DNA of 63,411 bases, filler included, from Thraustochytrium aureum (GCA_012862495.1; 7 parts of 2 records of this genome joined end to end with filler, not necessarily neighbours in it); one strand, 5' to 3'. Counted from the first letter of the whole stretch, positions 12,362 to 25,046 are shown. The notes: generated by a model not told the origin, from the sequence alone. Made by a program: numbers and translations.

Positions 12362-13283
12362 CTACGCATACTTGGACCCCCCATACAAGTCGCCAGCCTC
12401 CCCATAGGCGTATTCAGAGGGGTTGTTGCTGCCACCCATCCCATACGAGCCGTCGAGCTCGCCATCGTCGTCAAGCCTGGCAGACGTGGCGCACAGCGCG
12501 CCAGTCGCCAGAAACGTGATGACGAAAACCAGGACCGTGCTCCAGAAGGCAGGGCCCCAGTACATGTGCACGTTTTCGTTTACAAAGAGGCAAGGCTGAC
12601 CGCCGCAGTCGAGCGACGCCGTCACGAACGGAAGCGATCCTCCCTTGGTAGAGAAGAACGTCTGGTACCACTCGTATGAAGCGGCCACGGAAAACTGCGC
12701 GCGTGCACATCCGTGCCGCGTCAGCGCCACTGCAAGTCAGGGCAAGAGGCACGGCAAAGCGGGAGCAAGCAAGCAAGAGACGTACCGCAGAGCAAGAGAG
12801 CACTGCCGCGACCAAGCTAAGAAATGCGGCAGAGCGCGAGGCCTTGGACCCGCCCGCCGCGGGCGCAGCGAGAGCCAAAATGGAGGCCAAGAACAAGACA
12901 ACCGTCGTCGTCACCGAGAGCGCTTGGATTGACTTGATGCTGCTTGGCGTCTGCACTTGGCCGCCTTCGGCCGTGCAAAACCCGTACTGGCCTACCTCCG
13001 TGAACAGCGTGCCTTGGCAGATCGTCGAGTTGAAGTCGCTCACAAAATTCCACTGCGCGCTTCCGACGCACGTGGTCCACCAGCCGCACCTCCACGCTTT
13101 GCTCGTAGAACTAACCACAAAGCTCCCGGAGGCCACCGTCGAGGTCACGCCCGAGAACGAGTAGTACCTCTGCCAGAGCCAGTACGGGCTGCTCGTCGCG
13201 AACAGCATCAGGAAGAAGGCAAAGCACAAGCAGCCGCCGCAGCCCGTTGTGCCGCGCCGGTGCGTGGCCGAGTCGGCGAACAT
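12362..13283 (-). CDS. Claudin/PMP22-like four-TM membrane protein; 1 intron (12695-12785)
   Basis: TM1 followed by PYW and GWWTTC...C. Four hydrophobic segments are present. Splicing the GTACGT..CAG intron joins LSCSA to FSVAASYEWY in frame. Confidence 0.65.
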
Positions 13284-13856
13284 CCTGCCTCCGCAGCGCG
13301 AATTCTACGTCCACAGCAGCGGGATTCCCTTCTGCGCCCAACGTTTCTCTGCCCGCTGATGCGTGTCTGCCCCGGGCGCTGCAGCGGTCGGTTGATGGCT
13401 GAAGTGCTCGGATGGGTTGGCGTTTCTTGCGTCTCTTCGACTCGTGACGAAAAAGTGCGACGTTATTCAGACGGTCGAGACAAATCACGTCACGTCGGGG
13501 TACCTGTGACGAACGTCTCCGGGTTTATCGTTATGCGCGGTTCGAGGGTCTCTCGAGGACGTGTAAAGTGGCGAGAGCTGCGCGCTGGGCGAATTGGCTG
13601 CCGCCGCCGCGGCAGCTCGACTGGACGTCGGCGCGAGCGCGTACGTAGGTAGAGTACCTGGTGGTTACATTCGCAATCGCTTGCTGGCGTTTTCTTGGCG
13701 ATGGAGAAGAGCATGGGTGTTGGTTCGTTAGTAAACATGTCATGTTGGTTCAGGGCCGGTTTGGTTTGTCTTGGCGAGGCCGCACGGGTTCTGGCGCAAC
13801 AGGGGCGAAGAAGCACGCAGGGCAGGGTTTAGATGTATGTAGAAGCAGGGACAAGT

Positions 13857-15467
13857 TCACTTGGCCTTGGCGTCCTCCGGCGGCAGGTCCTCGCGGAAAA
13901 AGTCGGACTCCTCCATCAGCGGCCGGTTGAAGGTCACAACACGCACTGCGAGGCTGAGGAGGAATCCAGCGAAGAAGAGCGACGCGAACACAAAGCAAGT
14001 CGTGGCGAAAGAGATCGTGTCGAGCGCCGCCACCGCGTATGGGGCGATGATCGGCGCGATGCGATGGTTGGCCTGGCAAACGCCAAAGGCCGTGACACGC
14101 AGCGTTGTGGGGAACGCCTCGGGCGTGTACAGGTAGAGCGTCCCGATGACAAACTGCTCGAAAAACTGCATGAAAAACCCGATGGCAAAGAGGCTCTGGA
14201 AAGTGGTAGAGCCAAAGAGACCCAGCAAGAGCACGGAGAGCGCCGAGAACAGAAAGCCCAACCGCAGCTGCACGAGGCGGCTCACAAAGTAGACCAGGGC
14301 GAGCTGCAGCATGGTGCCAACGAGCAGGCCCGCGGCCTGCACGAGCGCGATCTCATACACGATGTCTGGCCTGCTGGGGAAGCTGTTCTTACCGTGAATT
14401 GGCAGCCAGTTGTTGATAACGTACGCAAAGGCGTTGAGGAACCAGCAACCTGCCAGCGGAAGGAGCCGCTTGAGGATCGGCCAGCGCAAGAGCGACTTTG
14501 CCCCCCAGCAGTCGCGCCAGGATCCGTCCGCCGGCTTTGAGTCGTGGTGCACCACGTTGAGCGTGGTCGCCGTGAACGCGAGGGGGAGCTCCTTGCCGTT
14601 CATGTGCGCCACGTACTCCATGCTCTGCACGCACTTGTCGAATTCGCGCCTCATGATGTAAAAGCGCGGCGACTCTGGCACAAAGTAGAGCAATGCGAGC
14701 GCCGGAAGCGCCATAAAAGCGGCGATGCGGAGCAGCCACTGCCAGCCCAGCGACGGGATCACGGCCCAGGACACGCCGGCAATAACGATCGCGCCAATAC
14801 CAAACCCGAACGAAGTCACCATGACCCACATGCCGCGCTTTTCGTGCGAGACGAACTCGACAAGCAGCGTGGTCCCCGTGATCAGGTTCCCGCCATAGCC
14901 GAGGCCGAGGAACATGCGGAGCACCGCGAAAGTGACGACGTCGTCGGCAAAGCTGCTGCAGAGCCCGAAGATGAATACGATCACCATCGAGACCACAAAG
15001 GTGCCTTTGCGCCCGTACACGTCGCTCAGCTTTCCGAACGTGACGGCGCCGATCAGCATGCCTGTATTGGTGAGCGAGGCAATCAGGGCGAGCTCTTCCT
15101 CCCCGATGTTGAAGTGCGCTGCGAGGGTCGGGTACAGCAGGCCGAGCATCATGGTCTCTGCGGCGTCCACGAAGTTTGCCAGAGCGCACAGCGAGACAAG
15201 AAAGTACTGAAACTTGCCCTCTGTGGCCCCGATGCAGTCGTCCAGCATCTTGTACCCATAGTCTGGCGCAAGCCGCTCGGGGTGCCAGCTCGGCGGGCCG
15301 CCAGGGTCTTTGTTTGCGGCCTCCTCGTCTTGGAAGAGGAGGTGTCCGGGCCCGAGCGGCGCCTCAACCACGCTGTCGCCCTGCTCGCCCTCCTCGAATT
15401 CGCCGAGGCCACGCAGGAGGAGGTCCGTCTCATCCTCGCCTTCCACGCGCGCCGCGCGGCCGAACAT
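13857..15467 (-). CDS. MFS transporter, SV2/SVOP-like
   Basis: GKLSDVYGRK, RMFLGLGYGG, WQWLLR, VPESPRF and YTPEAFPTTLR motifs, with ~12 TM segments. ATG at 15467. Confidence 0.92.
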   Translation of the reverse strand: MFGRAARVEGEDETDLLLRGLGEFEEGEQGDSVVEAPLGPGHLLFQDEEAANKDPGGPPSWHPERLAPDYGYKMLDDCIGATEGKFQYFLVSLCALANFVDAAETMMLGLLYPTLAAHFNIGEEELALIASLTNTGMLIGAVTFGKLSDVYGRKGTFVVSMVIVFIFGLCSSFADDVVTFAVLRMFLGLGYGGNLITGTTLLVEFVSHEKRGMWVMVTSFGFGIGAIVIAGVSWAVIPSLGWQWLLRIAAFMALPALALLYFVPESPRFYIMRREFDKCVQSMEYVAHMNGKELPLAFTATTLNVVHHDSKPADGSWRDCWGAKSLLRWPILKRLLPLAGCWFLNAFAYVINNWLPIHGKNSFPSRPDIVYEIALVQAAGLLVGTMLQLALVYFVSRLVQLRLGFLFSALSVLLLGLFGSTTFQSLFAIGFFMQFFEQFVIGTLYLYTPEAFPTTLRVTAFGVCQANHRIAPIIAPYAVAALDTISFATTCFVFASLFFAGFLLSLAVRVVTFNRPLMEESDFFREDLPPEDAKAK

Positions 15468-16562
15468 TCCACCTCGCCAGCGCGGCCCTCGCAGCTCGAA
15501 ACGGCTGTCGCGGTCTGGGCTCCGTCTGGCCCACAAACAGCCGCTCCGCTCCCCTTTTCAGGGAAAGTGGGGCCGCGTCCTCTTGTGACGCGAGAGTGTC
15601 GCGCTCGGCTCGCCGGCCGGCCTGCGCTCAGCGATCCTCCGGCCGTCCGCTGGAGCGAGCAAGGCAGCGTGTCTGCCTGCCTGCCTGCCTCGCTGCGTTG
15701 TACTCCTGTGAACGAACGAACGAACATCCGCGTGGTCTCTTCTTTGCGACGGACGATCAACGAGGGCTTCGCGACCATTCGCTGTTCCTTCCTGCCCCCA
15801 CGACGCCCAAGCGGTTGACGAGCTGCGATGGGCAGTCTGTGCTGCCCATCGGCATGTCATGAAGCGCTCACCATCGCGCGCTAAGCGCGGTTTATGTTAN
15901 NNNNNNNNNNNNNNNNNNNNNNNNNNNNNNNNNNNNNNNNNNNNNNNNNNNNNNNNNNNNNNNNNNNNNNNNNNNNNNNNNNNNNNNNNNNNNNNNNNNN
16001 NNNNNNNNNNNNNNNNNNNNNNNNNNNNNNNNNNNNNNNNNNNNNNNNNNNNNNNNNNNNNNNNNNNNNNNNNNNNNNNNNNNNNNNNNNNNNNNNNNNN
16101 NNNNNNNNNNNNNNNNNNNNNNNNNNNNNNNNNNNNNNNNNNNNNNNNNNNNNNNNNNNNNNNNNNNNNNNNNNNNNNNNNNNNNNNNNNNNNNNNNNNN
16201 NNNNNNNNNNNNNNNNNNNNNNNNNNNNNNNNNNNNNNNNNNNNNNNNNNNNNNNNNNNNNNNNNNNNNNNNNNNNNNNNNNNNNNNNNNNNNNNNNNNN
16301 NNNNNNNNNNNNNNNNNNNNNNNNNNNNNNNNNNNNNNNNNNNNNNNNNNNNNNNNNNNNNNNTGCGGAGGGGCAGGCCGCGAAGGGAAAAAGTGCGGCC
16401 GCGGGCAGAGCGCGAAGTGGCAGCGGCACGGGACGGTCGGCAGGGCAGGGCAGGGACGGCGCGCCGAGGGCAGGAGACGGCGGCAGGAGGATTGGGGCTC
16501 GACGAGCAGCGCGCAGAAGGCTGTGCTGAGGCGTGGTGAAGCGCGGATCAACCGTTGGCAAG

Positions 16563-19239
16563 ATGCGTGGCGCAGGTGCAGCTGCGGTTGTGGGCGCACT
16601 GGTCGGCGCGGTCTTGGCGGCGCAGGGCGATGCACGCCCTTGCGTGATGCCGGCTTACGGAGGGCACGCGAGGACGTGCAAGAGCGATCTGGACTGCTGC
16701 GGAGAGAACAAGTGCGTCGACGCGGTCTGCGCCACGGACGCGTCGCTCAACTCGGTCGAGACCGCGCTTCTGGCACACATGTTGGTCGAGAACTCGATGG
16801 GAGAAGTGGCCATGCTGCACGACGCGCTCGACAAGGCCGCGCAAGCTCTGGCCGTCGCAGGCGACAAGGTGAAGAACGCCACCAAGACCGCCGCCCACAA
16901 GGTCAAGCACGCCGCCGAAGCGGCCTCGGACAAGGCCAAGGAGGCCGCGGGCAAAGCCTCGGACAAGGTCAAGGACGCCGCAGGCAAGGCCGCGGACAAG
17001 ACCGCTGACGCCGCTGACGCCGTTTCAAGAAGGCGCACGAACTGAAGGACAAGGCCGAGGCCAAGGCGCACGAGGCCAAGATGAGCGCCAAGGAGAAGGC
17101 CGCCAAGGCCAAGGAGGACATGGACGCCAAGGCCGCTGACGCAGCCGCGAAGGTGGGCCCGAAGCTCAAGGGCGCGGCCTCCAAGGCGGATGAAGCCGGC
17201 AAGAAGGTGCACGAAAAGGCGAAGGAGGCGCACGACAAGGCGGCCAAGACGCTCAAGGAGGTCAAGGCCGNGTTTGACGAGATCCTGCACAACCTCACCG
17301 TCAAGGCCGACGCTGTGAGCGCGCTCGAGTTCAAGGCAGCAACCGGCGGAGCCTCCGATGGGTACTCGCAGTACTTCTCCAAGTACATGGGCGGGGCCGG
17401 AGGCTCGCCGGACGGGTCCGCGGCCAAGGACGACAGCAAGGGCGACAAGCACAGCCGCCGCCGCCACCGCAAGGGCAAGAAGGACAGCAGCGACGCTGAC
17501 GACGCCGGCGCCTCGGCCGGCGCTGGCGCAGGCGGCGCCGGCGGCTTTGACTTTCAAAAGTTTGTTCCCGGCNNNNNNNNNNNNNNNNNNNNNNNNNNNN
17601 NNNNNNNNNNNNNNNNNNNNNNNNNNNNNNNNNNNNNNNNNNNNNNNNNNNNNNNNNNNNNNNNNNNNNNNNNNNNNNNNNNNNNNNNNNNNNNNNNNNN
17701 NNNNNNNNNNNNNNNNNNNNNNNNNNNNNNNNNNNNNNNNNNNNNNNNNNNNNNNNNNNNNNNNNNNNNNNNNNNNNNNNNNNNNNNNNNNNNNNNNNNN
17801 NNNNNNNNNNNNNNNNNNNNNNNNNNNNNNNNNNNNNNNNNNNNNNNNNNNNNNNNNNNNNNNNNNNNNNNNNNNNNNNNNNNNNNNNNNNNNNNNNNNN
17901 NNNNNNNNNNNNNNNNNNNNNNNNNNNNNNNNNNNNNNNNNNNNNNNACACCAAGTACTCGGGCAGCGCCGCGTCCAAGCCGAAGAATGCGGCCGCCAAG
18001 GCTGGCGCCGACGCCGCGCCAGGCTCTTTCGACTACTCCAAGTACATGGGCGGTGCGGCCAAGCCCAAGAACGCCGCCGCCGCCTCCCCGAGCTCGTTCG
18101 ACTACTCCAAGTTCACGGGCGGCGCGGGCGGGGCTGGAGCTTCCGCGGGCGGCGCTGACAAGAAGTCGAAGAAGAAGGACAAGAAGGGGGCCGACAAGAC
18201 CCCGGCCGCCGGCGCGTTCGACTACTCCAAGTTCATGGGCGCGCCCTCCTCCAAGCTGGTGAACTCGGCTGCGGCCGCCGGCGGCGCGGGCGGCGCGGGC
18301 GCCGGCTTTGACTGGAGCAAGTTTGTGCCCGAGGGCGTCAACACGACCAAGGGCGACGCCAAGACCGCCAAGTCGCACAAGAGCAAGAAGCCGGCGTCCA
18401 ACAAGCCGGCCGAGGTGCCGCCGCCCGCGGCTGAAAGCCAGGGCGCGGGCGAGCCCAAGCCCGGCGAGGCAGGCTCGCCGTGCGGCAAGACCCCGTACAA
18501 GGACTTTGGCCCGTGCTTGAAGAACCTGATGTGCGAGACGCACAAGGCCTTCACCGCCTACGCCCCGGGCAAGTGCGTCGAGAAACCGTCGGCGAGCAAG
18601 ACGAAGCAGGAGCGCCCGGCGGTGAATAGCGCCGAGATGGAAACCCCCGCGACCGGCGGCCTGGATGGCGCCTGCGGCAAGTGGGATCTCGGCAAGGTCG
18701 ACTTTGGGGCGTGCGCCGCGGGGCTCACCTGCGTGGCCTCGGACGATGTCATGATTAAGTTCATGGGCGCCACCTACGTCCTGCCTTCGACCTGCCAGAA
18801 CGTGACCGGCGACGGAGAGCCAGCCGAGACGGAAGACGTCGAGACCGTGGACGAGCCCACCGCGATGCTGGTCAACAACGCCAAGGCCCACCACGACATG
18901 GACCCCAAGGAGCTCGCCGACGCCGCCAACGCGCTCGCGCTCAAGGCCGCCGAGGCTGCAGACCGCGTCGCGGAGAAGCTCAAGGCGACTGCGGCAAAGC
19001 TCCGCGAGTCGGCGGAGAAGCTCCGCAAGGAGGCCGAGGAGAAGCTCGACAAGAACACCGCGGACAAGGGCTCGCTCACGGCGACCAGCGCTGCGGCTGA
19101 CGCGTCGTCCGTCCTGCTCGGCGATGCCGGTGCTCGCGGCGGCTCGCACTGGGTGCTCTTTTCCTTCGTCGCGCTCCTTGTCGGCGGGGCGGCGTACGCC
19201 TGGCGCTCTTCCAGCAAGTCGCAGTACCGCCGGCTCTGA
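16563..19239 (+). CDS. Secreted/type I membrane protein: signal peptide, Cys-rich module, LEA-like Ala/Lys repeats, FDYSK(Y/F) repeats, Cys modules, C-terminal TM and YRRL tail
   Basis: Signal-like MRGAGAAAVVGALVGAVLAAQG. The ORF pieces 16533-17045, 17081-17572 and 17949-19239 are joined by a frameshift near 17030 and an N gap. Codon usage is strongly host-biased throughout. The protein ends WVLFSFVALLVGGAAYAWRSSSKSQYRRL. Confidence 0.75.
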
Positions 19240-20425
19240 GCGAGACACTCCGGATCGCCGAGGGGCAGGGGCCGGCGCGCCGGGGGCCACCTCGCTGCGT
19301 CGCCTCGTTGTTGCTCCAACGATAGGGTAACTCCAAAAGTGACGACCGATTCAACCGTTGACCTCCTGCCCTGTGAGCCTCAGCACTCTGCCGATGTTCC
19401 ATTTCAGTCAAGGCGGCGGGCGCCCCGCCGAGTGCCCGCGCCGCTCGCCTGCGCAGGCAGTGCGCGAAGCATTGATTGAATTCCAACAAGAAATCAAACA
19501 AAATTCTTTCAATCAATCAAGAAAGTTGGCGGGGAGGGAGGGAGCCTCCTTCGCGTTTCGCACGGCGGCAGGACTTCTCCGTTCATGTTTCGAGTTCCTC
19601 GAAACGCAACCGTCCGATTCGCCGACGGATCAGCACACTGCCAGAAACAGGAATCTTTTGCAGCGCAAGGCGCCTGGCGAATCTATCTCATCGAGTCATC
19701 GATCGACCAGCCCGCAAGCCATCCATCCGGTCATTCATTGATTCATTCATTCATTCATGCCGCGCCAGCAGCGCCACGGCCGTCTTGTCAAGGTTGATTG
19801 ATTCATTCACTGGTTGATTGATTGAAAGGCGGCGGCCGCAGCGGAAAGCGCGCCAACTCGCTCATCATCATCATCATCACCGCCGCTTGTGCGCTCGCCG
19901 TCACCGACATCCTTGGTTGACACCGCCATCGACCTGACGGCCGTCATTCTCTGTCTCCTCGGAACCTCCTGTCCGCCGCGGTGTGCGGGCACCGAGTACA
20001 ACAAGCCGCGCCTCGTGGCCTCCTCGCACTGCTGACTCATCAGTGCTGAGGCTCGCTCGCTCGCCGGCAGCGCACGTCCGGGCGCCTGTGCTTCTCGCCT
20101 GCTCGCTCGGTCTCCACTTGCTCGCTCTTCGCCTCCACTTTTTGCCTTCGCTTTTTGCGCCCATCTGTTTTTTTTTGCTTCCATCGCGGAAGGATCCCAG
20201 ACGCAGAGCAGCAACAGCGCCACCGCCAACGCCACCAGAGCGCAGCAGCAGACACGCCCGGCGCGCTTGCGCCAACCCGCACAGCAGACCGCCAACGCAC
20301 CAACGCGCGCCCACGCAGCAGCAGCAGCAGCAGCAGGACGGGAGCAGGAGCGCCCGCACCAGCCTGCACCAGGCGGCACTTGCACCAGCGGACACACCGA
20401 GCCAGGCAACACCACAGCAGACTTG

Positions 20426-20478
20426 GAACGCAGCAGACCCTGAACGCAGCAGACCCTGAACGCAGCAGTCCCTGAACG
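20426..20478. repeat. 16-bp tandem repeat (GAACGCAGCAGACCCT)x3 at scaffold end
   Basis: Directly visible copies. Confidence 0.75.
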
Positions 20479-20522
20479 NNNNNNNNNNNNNNNNNNNNNN
20501 NNNNNNNNNNNNNNNNNNNNNN

Positions 20523-20534
20523 TTAATTAATTAA
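20523..20534. other. Artificial scaffold linker TTAATTAATTAA (also at 26782, 35851, 48315, 58466, 61373)
   Basis: An identical palindromic 12-mer with stops in all six frames, flanked by equal N runs. Genes are truncated at these points. Confidence 0.97.
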
Positions 20535-20578
20535 NNNNNNNNNNNNNNNNNNNNNNNNNNNNNNNNNNNNNNNNNNNN

Positions 20579-21722
20579 CGATTAGCGCCCTTGCTCGCGT
20601 GCGGCAGCGCCTGCACAACAACCCGCTGTTTTTGCGCGGCAGGAGCGACTCGAGCATCGACCCCCCGCGGGCGCCTGGAGCGAAGCCCGGCCAGCCGAGC
20701 GGCGGCAGGAATGCGTCTAGCTCGGGTCTTTGCGCAGAGGCCAAGTCGGAGCTCGCGGGCTGGGCTCACGTCCCAGTGCCGGTTGTCTCGCACTTTCGCG
20801 GCGCGTTCCTTGCCGTCGTGTCGTCCGGGGGCGTGCTCGAGGAGTTTGAGCTTGTCCCGTGCGCTGGAAACAAGGACCAGCGAGAACTTACGCTTCAGGC
20901 GGTGCCGTTCAGATCTTGGGATGTCGGGCGCCGCAAAAGCTGGACAGAGCTCAAGCAGCCGCTTTCGAGCGTAGCAGCGTACCCTTCGCCGCCCGCCTGC
21001 CTTCCGCCTGGCCTCGGGCGAGGGCTCTCTTCCAGCGGCGCCAACCTGGCGCAAGCGGACCCCTCTGTCGAGCAGCTGCGTGCGCAGTGGCTTTCAAACG
21101 TCGAGATCCAGACCCACACCGCGCCGCTGACGCATCTTTGGGCAGCGCCCCAGTTTCAGTTTTCCACCTACGATGACGAGGGCGGCGACGACGAGTCCAC
21201 GGCAGGTGGCAAAAGCGTCACACGTGCCGGGAGCGGCGCGGCTCTGCCAGATGCGCCGGTTCCCGCGACCGGGGGGGGCTTTTCGTAGAGCAGCGCCCTG
21301 TCCGGCACGTTCATGTGCGTGGAGCTGGCCCCTCGCCCACCTTTGCAGCTCTCACCGCGGCGACGTCTCCCGAGGCCTTATATGCGTCGAAGGAGCCGGA
21401 AAGTGGTTCGTCGCCGCTTGGGCAACTTCGCGATGCGATTTCCACTCCCGCGCAGTTCCAAGACTTGTACATTCCGGGGGAGCAAGAGCTAGACCAGCAT
21501 GTTTTGGTTTTCGACGATGACATGGACGACTTTGACGCAGAGAGCAAGACGTGCGAGCGGCGACACGCCGTGGAGCGCGCTGAGCACTGCTTCCCGTCTA
21601 GCGACTCTGGTGGTGACGAGGCAGACCAGGGGGCGGTTTACAGCGCGCTGGAAGAGCGCGTTGACGACGACGGGTTTTCGTTTCCTGACACCGAGGCGGG
21701 CTGGGATGGCGCAGAGGACTAG
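20579..21722 (+). CDS. BCAS3: BCAS3-like (ATG18f/g/h-type) protein, C-terminal part
   Basis: QWLSNVEIQTHTAPLTHLWAAPQFQFST matches the BCAS3 C-terminal motif (WLSQVEIVTH...LWMGPQFQF). It is preceded by a terminal WD-type strand (LAVVSSGGVLEEFELVP). The 5' end is truncated by a linker, and there is a frameshift at the G-run near 21271. Confidence 0.72.
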
Positions 21723-21880
21723 CAAATGCTGTTTGCAGTCTGTCCGTGGCAAGTGCCCACCGCACGTGCGGGTGTTCGACGGTTCCATAAAACCCCAACT
21801 TATGTTTGTATGTATGTATGCAGGCCCATGTATGTGTCTTTGAAGAGTGCCCCCTTGCCCACTTGGCAGATCGTCCTGAG

Positions 21881-23880
21881 CTATGCAAGCGCCCCGTTGC
21901 TTCGGCNCCGGGCTCCAGCAACCCCATCCAATACTCATCGTCGTCCTCGTCCACCCCTTCTCCTCGTCCGCCGGGTCGCTGTCCACACTACCACCGCGCT
22001 CAACTTGTTCAAGATCGTGGTGCGAAGGGCGCGTCTGGGGGGTTGGAGTCGTCGCCGAGGATGTTGTACGAGTCGTACATGTCGATGCTGGCAACTGGCC
22101 GCGCTGTGTTCGAAGCGCTCGGCTGCACCACCGCGCCGAGGATCTCGTCGGGGTTCTTCTTGCGTCGCTTGACCTGTCTGTAGTGCCCTTCCGGGTGCGG
22201 GGCAGGGGGCGGCGCGATCACCCAGGTGTCCTTGTTGAAGGGCGGCGTGTTGCCGTCCATCACAGCCTTGCTAAGCTTATTGGGGTCCTTGACTTCCTTG
22301 AGCTGCTTGAGCGCGGCGTCCGCGAGCTCGTACAAGCGCGCTCGAATACTGTGCAGCGCGACATCGGAGAACCATCCAAGTTTCGGGTCACAGGTCGCCT
22401 CGACGTGGGTCTGCGAGCCCGAAATGTCAGAGGGGGCCTCGAGCGTCGAGCGAGCGCGGCGCTGCACCGAGCCGACTGACTCACCTTGCAAATCTCCCGC
22501 ACTTTGTTGTCCCGCACCTCGCACAGGTGCACGCGAGTGTATCCGCGCAAGGGGACACCGCTGAACGTGGCGGGATGAGTCGCGGTGTACCGCTCGAGGA
22601 CGCGGTTCCACTGCTTGTCCATGCGGATAATTACCTTTGGCGAGGCAAACAAACACACGCGGGCCAGAGAGCAACAACGTCAGCTTTCGCAGCGCCGCAG
22701 GCGAGGCAAGAAGCGGGACGCACCGTTTGATATTTGCTCGATTCGCGCGACTTGCGCGGATCGTACCCGAGCTTGATGAGGAGCGTCCCGAAGGGGCCGC
22801 TCTTGACTTTGTAGGCGATGCGAGGCAGCAAGCGGACCACTACCTTTTCCTCCACGTTGGGGAACTGCGCCAAGCAAAGTTAGGCGACCGGCGCCTCGCG
22901 GGCAAACGGCGTTGCCGCGCGGCACTCACCTCACCTAGCAAAGACTCCTTCATCCAGCACGGCCGCTCGTCGGCGAACTTGGCTCGGATCGCGCCAAGCA
23001 GCTCTTCGTCCTCTGCAGGAACGGGTCCGAGGGCAGGGGGCCGCTGTGGCACTGCCAGGCCCTGAGACTCGAGGCTGGCCTCCAGCAACGCCGACGCGTC
23101 CGCGTCGCGGGGCTCTGCGGACGGGCCACGCGCGTCCGCGGCCTGCCCTGTGGCCGGCTCTGCGCCCTGGGCGTCGCTGGCCTTTGCTCTTGCGACGCCG
23201 GCCCGTGCGCGCCTCGCACCGAGGCCGCGCGGAGCGACCTCTGCAAAGTCGAACGGCTCATCGTGCGGCTTGCCGCAAAAGGTCGCGGGGGGGGTGAACA
23301 GGTTGCGCCGCGTTTGGTACGGGTTGGTCACCTTGCTCTCCTCGCCGACCGCCATCGCTGCCGGCAGCCGCTCTTGTAGCCAGGTCGGAAGCCCTGGCTC
23401 GGCGGGAATGCTCTTCTCCTCTAACGCGCCACTACGATACACAAAGTCGCTCGTCATGTCAAACCTGTGGTAGGCGCCAACGACCCCGACGATTTCCGCG
23501 CTCAGCACAGCGCCGGTCGATTTGGCGCGTCTGAGCCGCAAGACCAAGGGCTGCCGTTCCGCGACCACTGTCGACCCTACGACGGAGAACGACTGCGGCG
23601 TCTCCGGCTGGAACGACATGGTCAGTCCGGTGACGCGGCCGTCATCGTCGTCCGCGGCTTGTGCACCGGCGCCGGCTGCGTTGGCGCTTGAGCTGGCCCC
23701 CTTTTCCCCGGCCGCCTCCACCATGCCGGCGTCGCGTTCACGAAACACGGCCTTGTTGAGTGTCCTGCGCCCGCCCAGAATCGCCACCACCTTGCGCTCA
23801 TTTCCTTCTCTGTCACCGGGATCCGCCATCCTGAACGGCAGCTGCGGCTCATCAAAGTCAGCCACCAAAGCGCCTTCCGC
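21881..23880 (-). CDS. GTF3C5: RNA polymerase III transcription factor TFIIIC subunit tau95 (GTF3C5/Tfc1), spliced, 5' end in gap
   Basis: N-domain motifs AILGG and AEIVGVVGAYHRFDMTSDFVY. Winged-helix motifs FADERPCW and LLPRIAYKVKSGPF...LGYDPRKSRESSKYQ, then CDPKLGWF. Three GT..AG introns have donors near 22929, 22723 and 22484. The acidic tail contains a frameshift, so the 3' end is approximate. Confidence 0.8.
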
Positions 23881-24429
23881 NNNNNNNNNNNNNNNNNNNN
23901 NNNNNNNNNNNNNNNNNNNNNNNNNNNNNNNNNNNNNNNNNNNNNNNNNNNNNNNNNNNNNNNNNNNNNNNNNNNNNNNNNNNNNNNNNNNNNNNNNNNN
24001 NNNNNNNNNNNNNNNNNNNNNNNNNNNNNNNNNNNNNNNNNNNNNNNNNNNNNNNNNNNNNNNNNNNNNNNNNNNNNNNNNNNNNNNNNNNNNNNNNNNN
24101 NNNNNNNNNNNNNNNNNNNNNNNNNNNNNNNNNNNNNNNNNNNNNNNNNNNNNNNNNNNNNNNNNNNNNNNNNNNNNNNNNNNNNNNNNNNNNNNNNNNN
24201 NNNNNNNNNNNNNNNNNNNNNNNNNNNNNNNNNNNNNNNNNNNNNNNNNNNNNNNNNNNNNNNNNNNNNNNNNNNNNNNNNNNNNNNNNNNNNNNNNNNN
24301 NNNNNNNNNNNNNNNNNNNNNNNNNNNNNNNNNNNNNNNNNNNNNNNNNNNNNNNNNNNNNNNNNNNNNNNNNNNNNNNNNNNNNNNNNNNNNNNNNNNN
24401 NNNNNNNNNNNNNNNNNNNNNNNNNNNNN

Positions 24430-24702
24430 CCTGGTCGTCCTGGTGTCCTGGCAGTCCTGGCCGCAGCTGCCTTGGTGGGCCCGGCAGTCGTGGCGCAGCT
24501 GCCTTGGTTGGCCTGGCAGGCGTGGTCGCAGCGAAAGTACCTCGCCCGTCCTGCGCCCGTCCTCGCTTGTCCTGCGCCCGTCCTCACGCCTGTCCTGGCC
24601 GTCCTGCGCGCTGCTGTCCGTCTTGTGGGTCTGCCCGACGGCGCCTGGAGGACGGGTGGACGGATGGAAAGCGATGGAATGGGATGGAATGGGATGGGAT
24701 GG
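24430..24702. repeat. Low-complexity/minisatellite block (30-bp and ~21-bp imperfect repeats, (GGATG/GGAAT)n)
   Basis: GCAGCTGCCTTGG x2, GTCCTGCGCCCGTCCTC x2, and a pentamer run at 24655-24702. Confidence 0.6.
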
Positions 24703-25046
24703 AGTAGCTCGAGGCTCAATGGCGGGCGTTGAGGGTCCTGGCGCGGGCAGAGGGCCTTGGAGGAGCGCGCGCTTCGCCCAAAGGGAGCCGGCGGCTCGCC
24801 AGGAGCGTCGGTTGAGCGCGCGGATGGCTCGCTGCGGTGGCTTTGATCGAAAGTGATCGAACGTCACGAGGACGAGGGCTTGACGAGCTGCAGACGCCTC
24901 TGGAGCGGAGCGAACGCGCGCTGGCGGCTGTGCTGGCGTCGCAACGCGCGAACGGCTCGCGGACGCAGCGCGCAAGGCGGCGTATCGGTGCAGGTCCCCG
25001 GGTGCGGCCACGTTGGCTTGCGAGGCGAGGAATGGGCTGGGACGCG

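Noticed and set aside
19807..20415. 202-aa ORF with a hydrophobic Cys/Ala stretch
   Set aside because: It derives largely from (GCA)n/(TCA)n/(CGCT)n microsatellites, with no domain evidence.
20479..20578. Recurrent TTAATTAATTAA palindrome as a biological element
   Set aside because: It is an artificial six-frame-stop linker between scaffolds. Gene neighbourhoods across it are meaningless.
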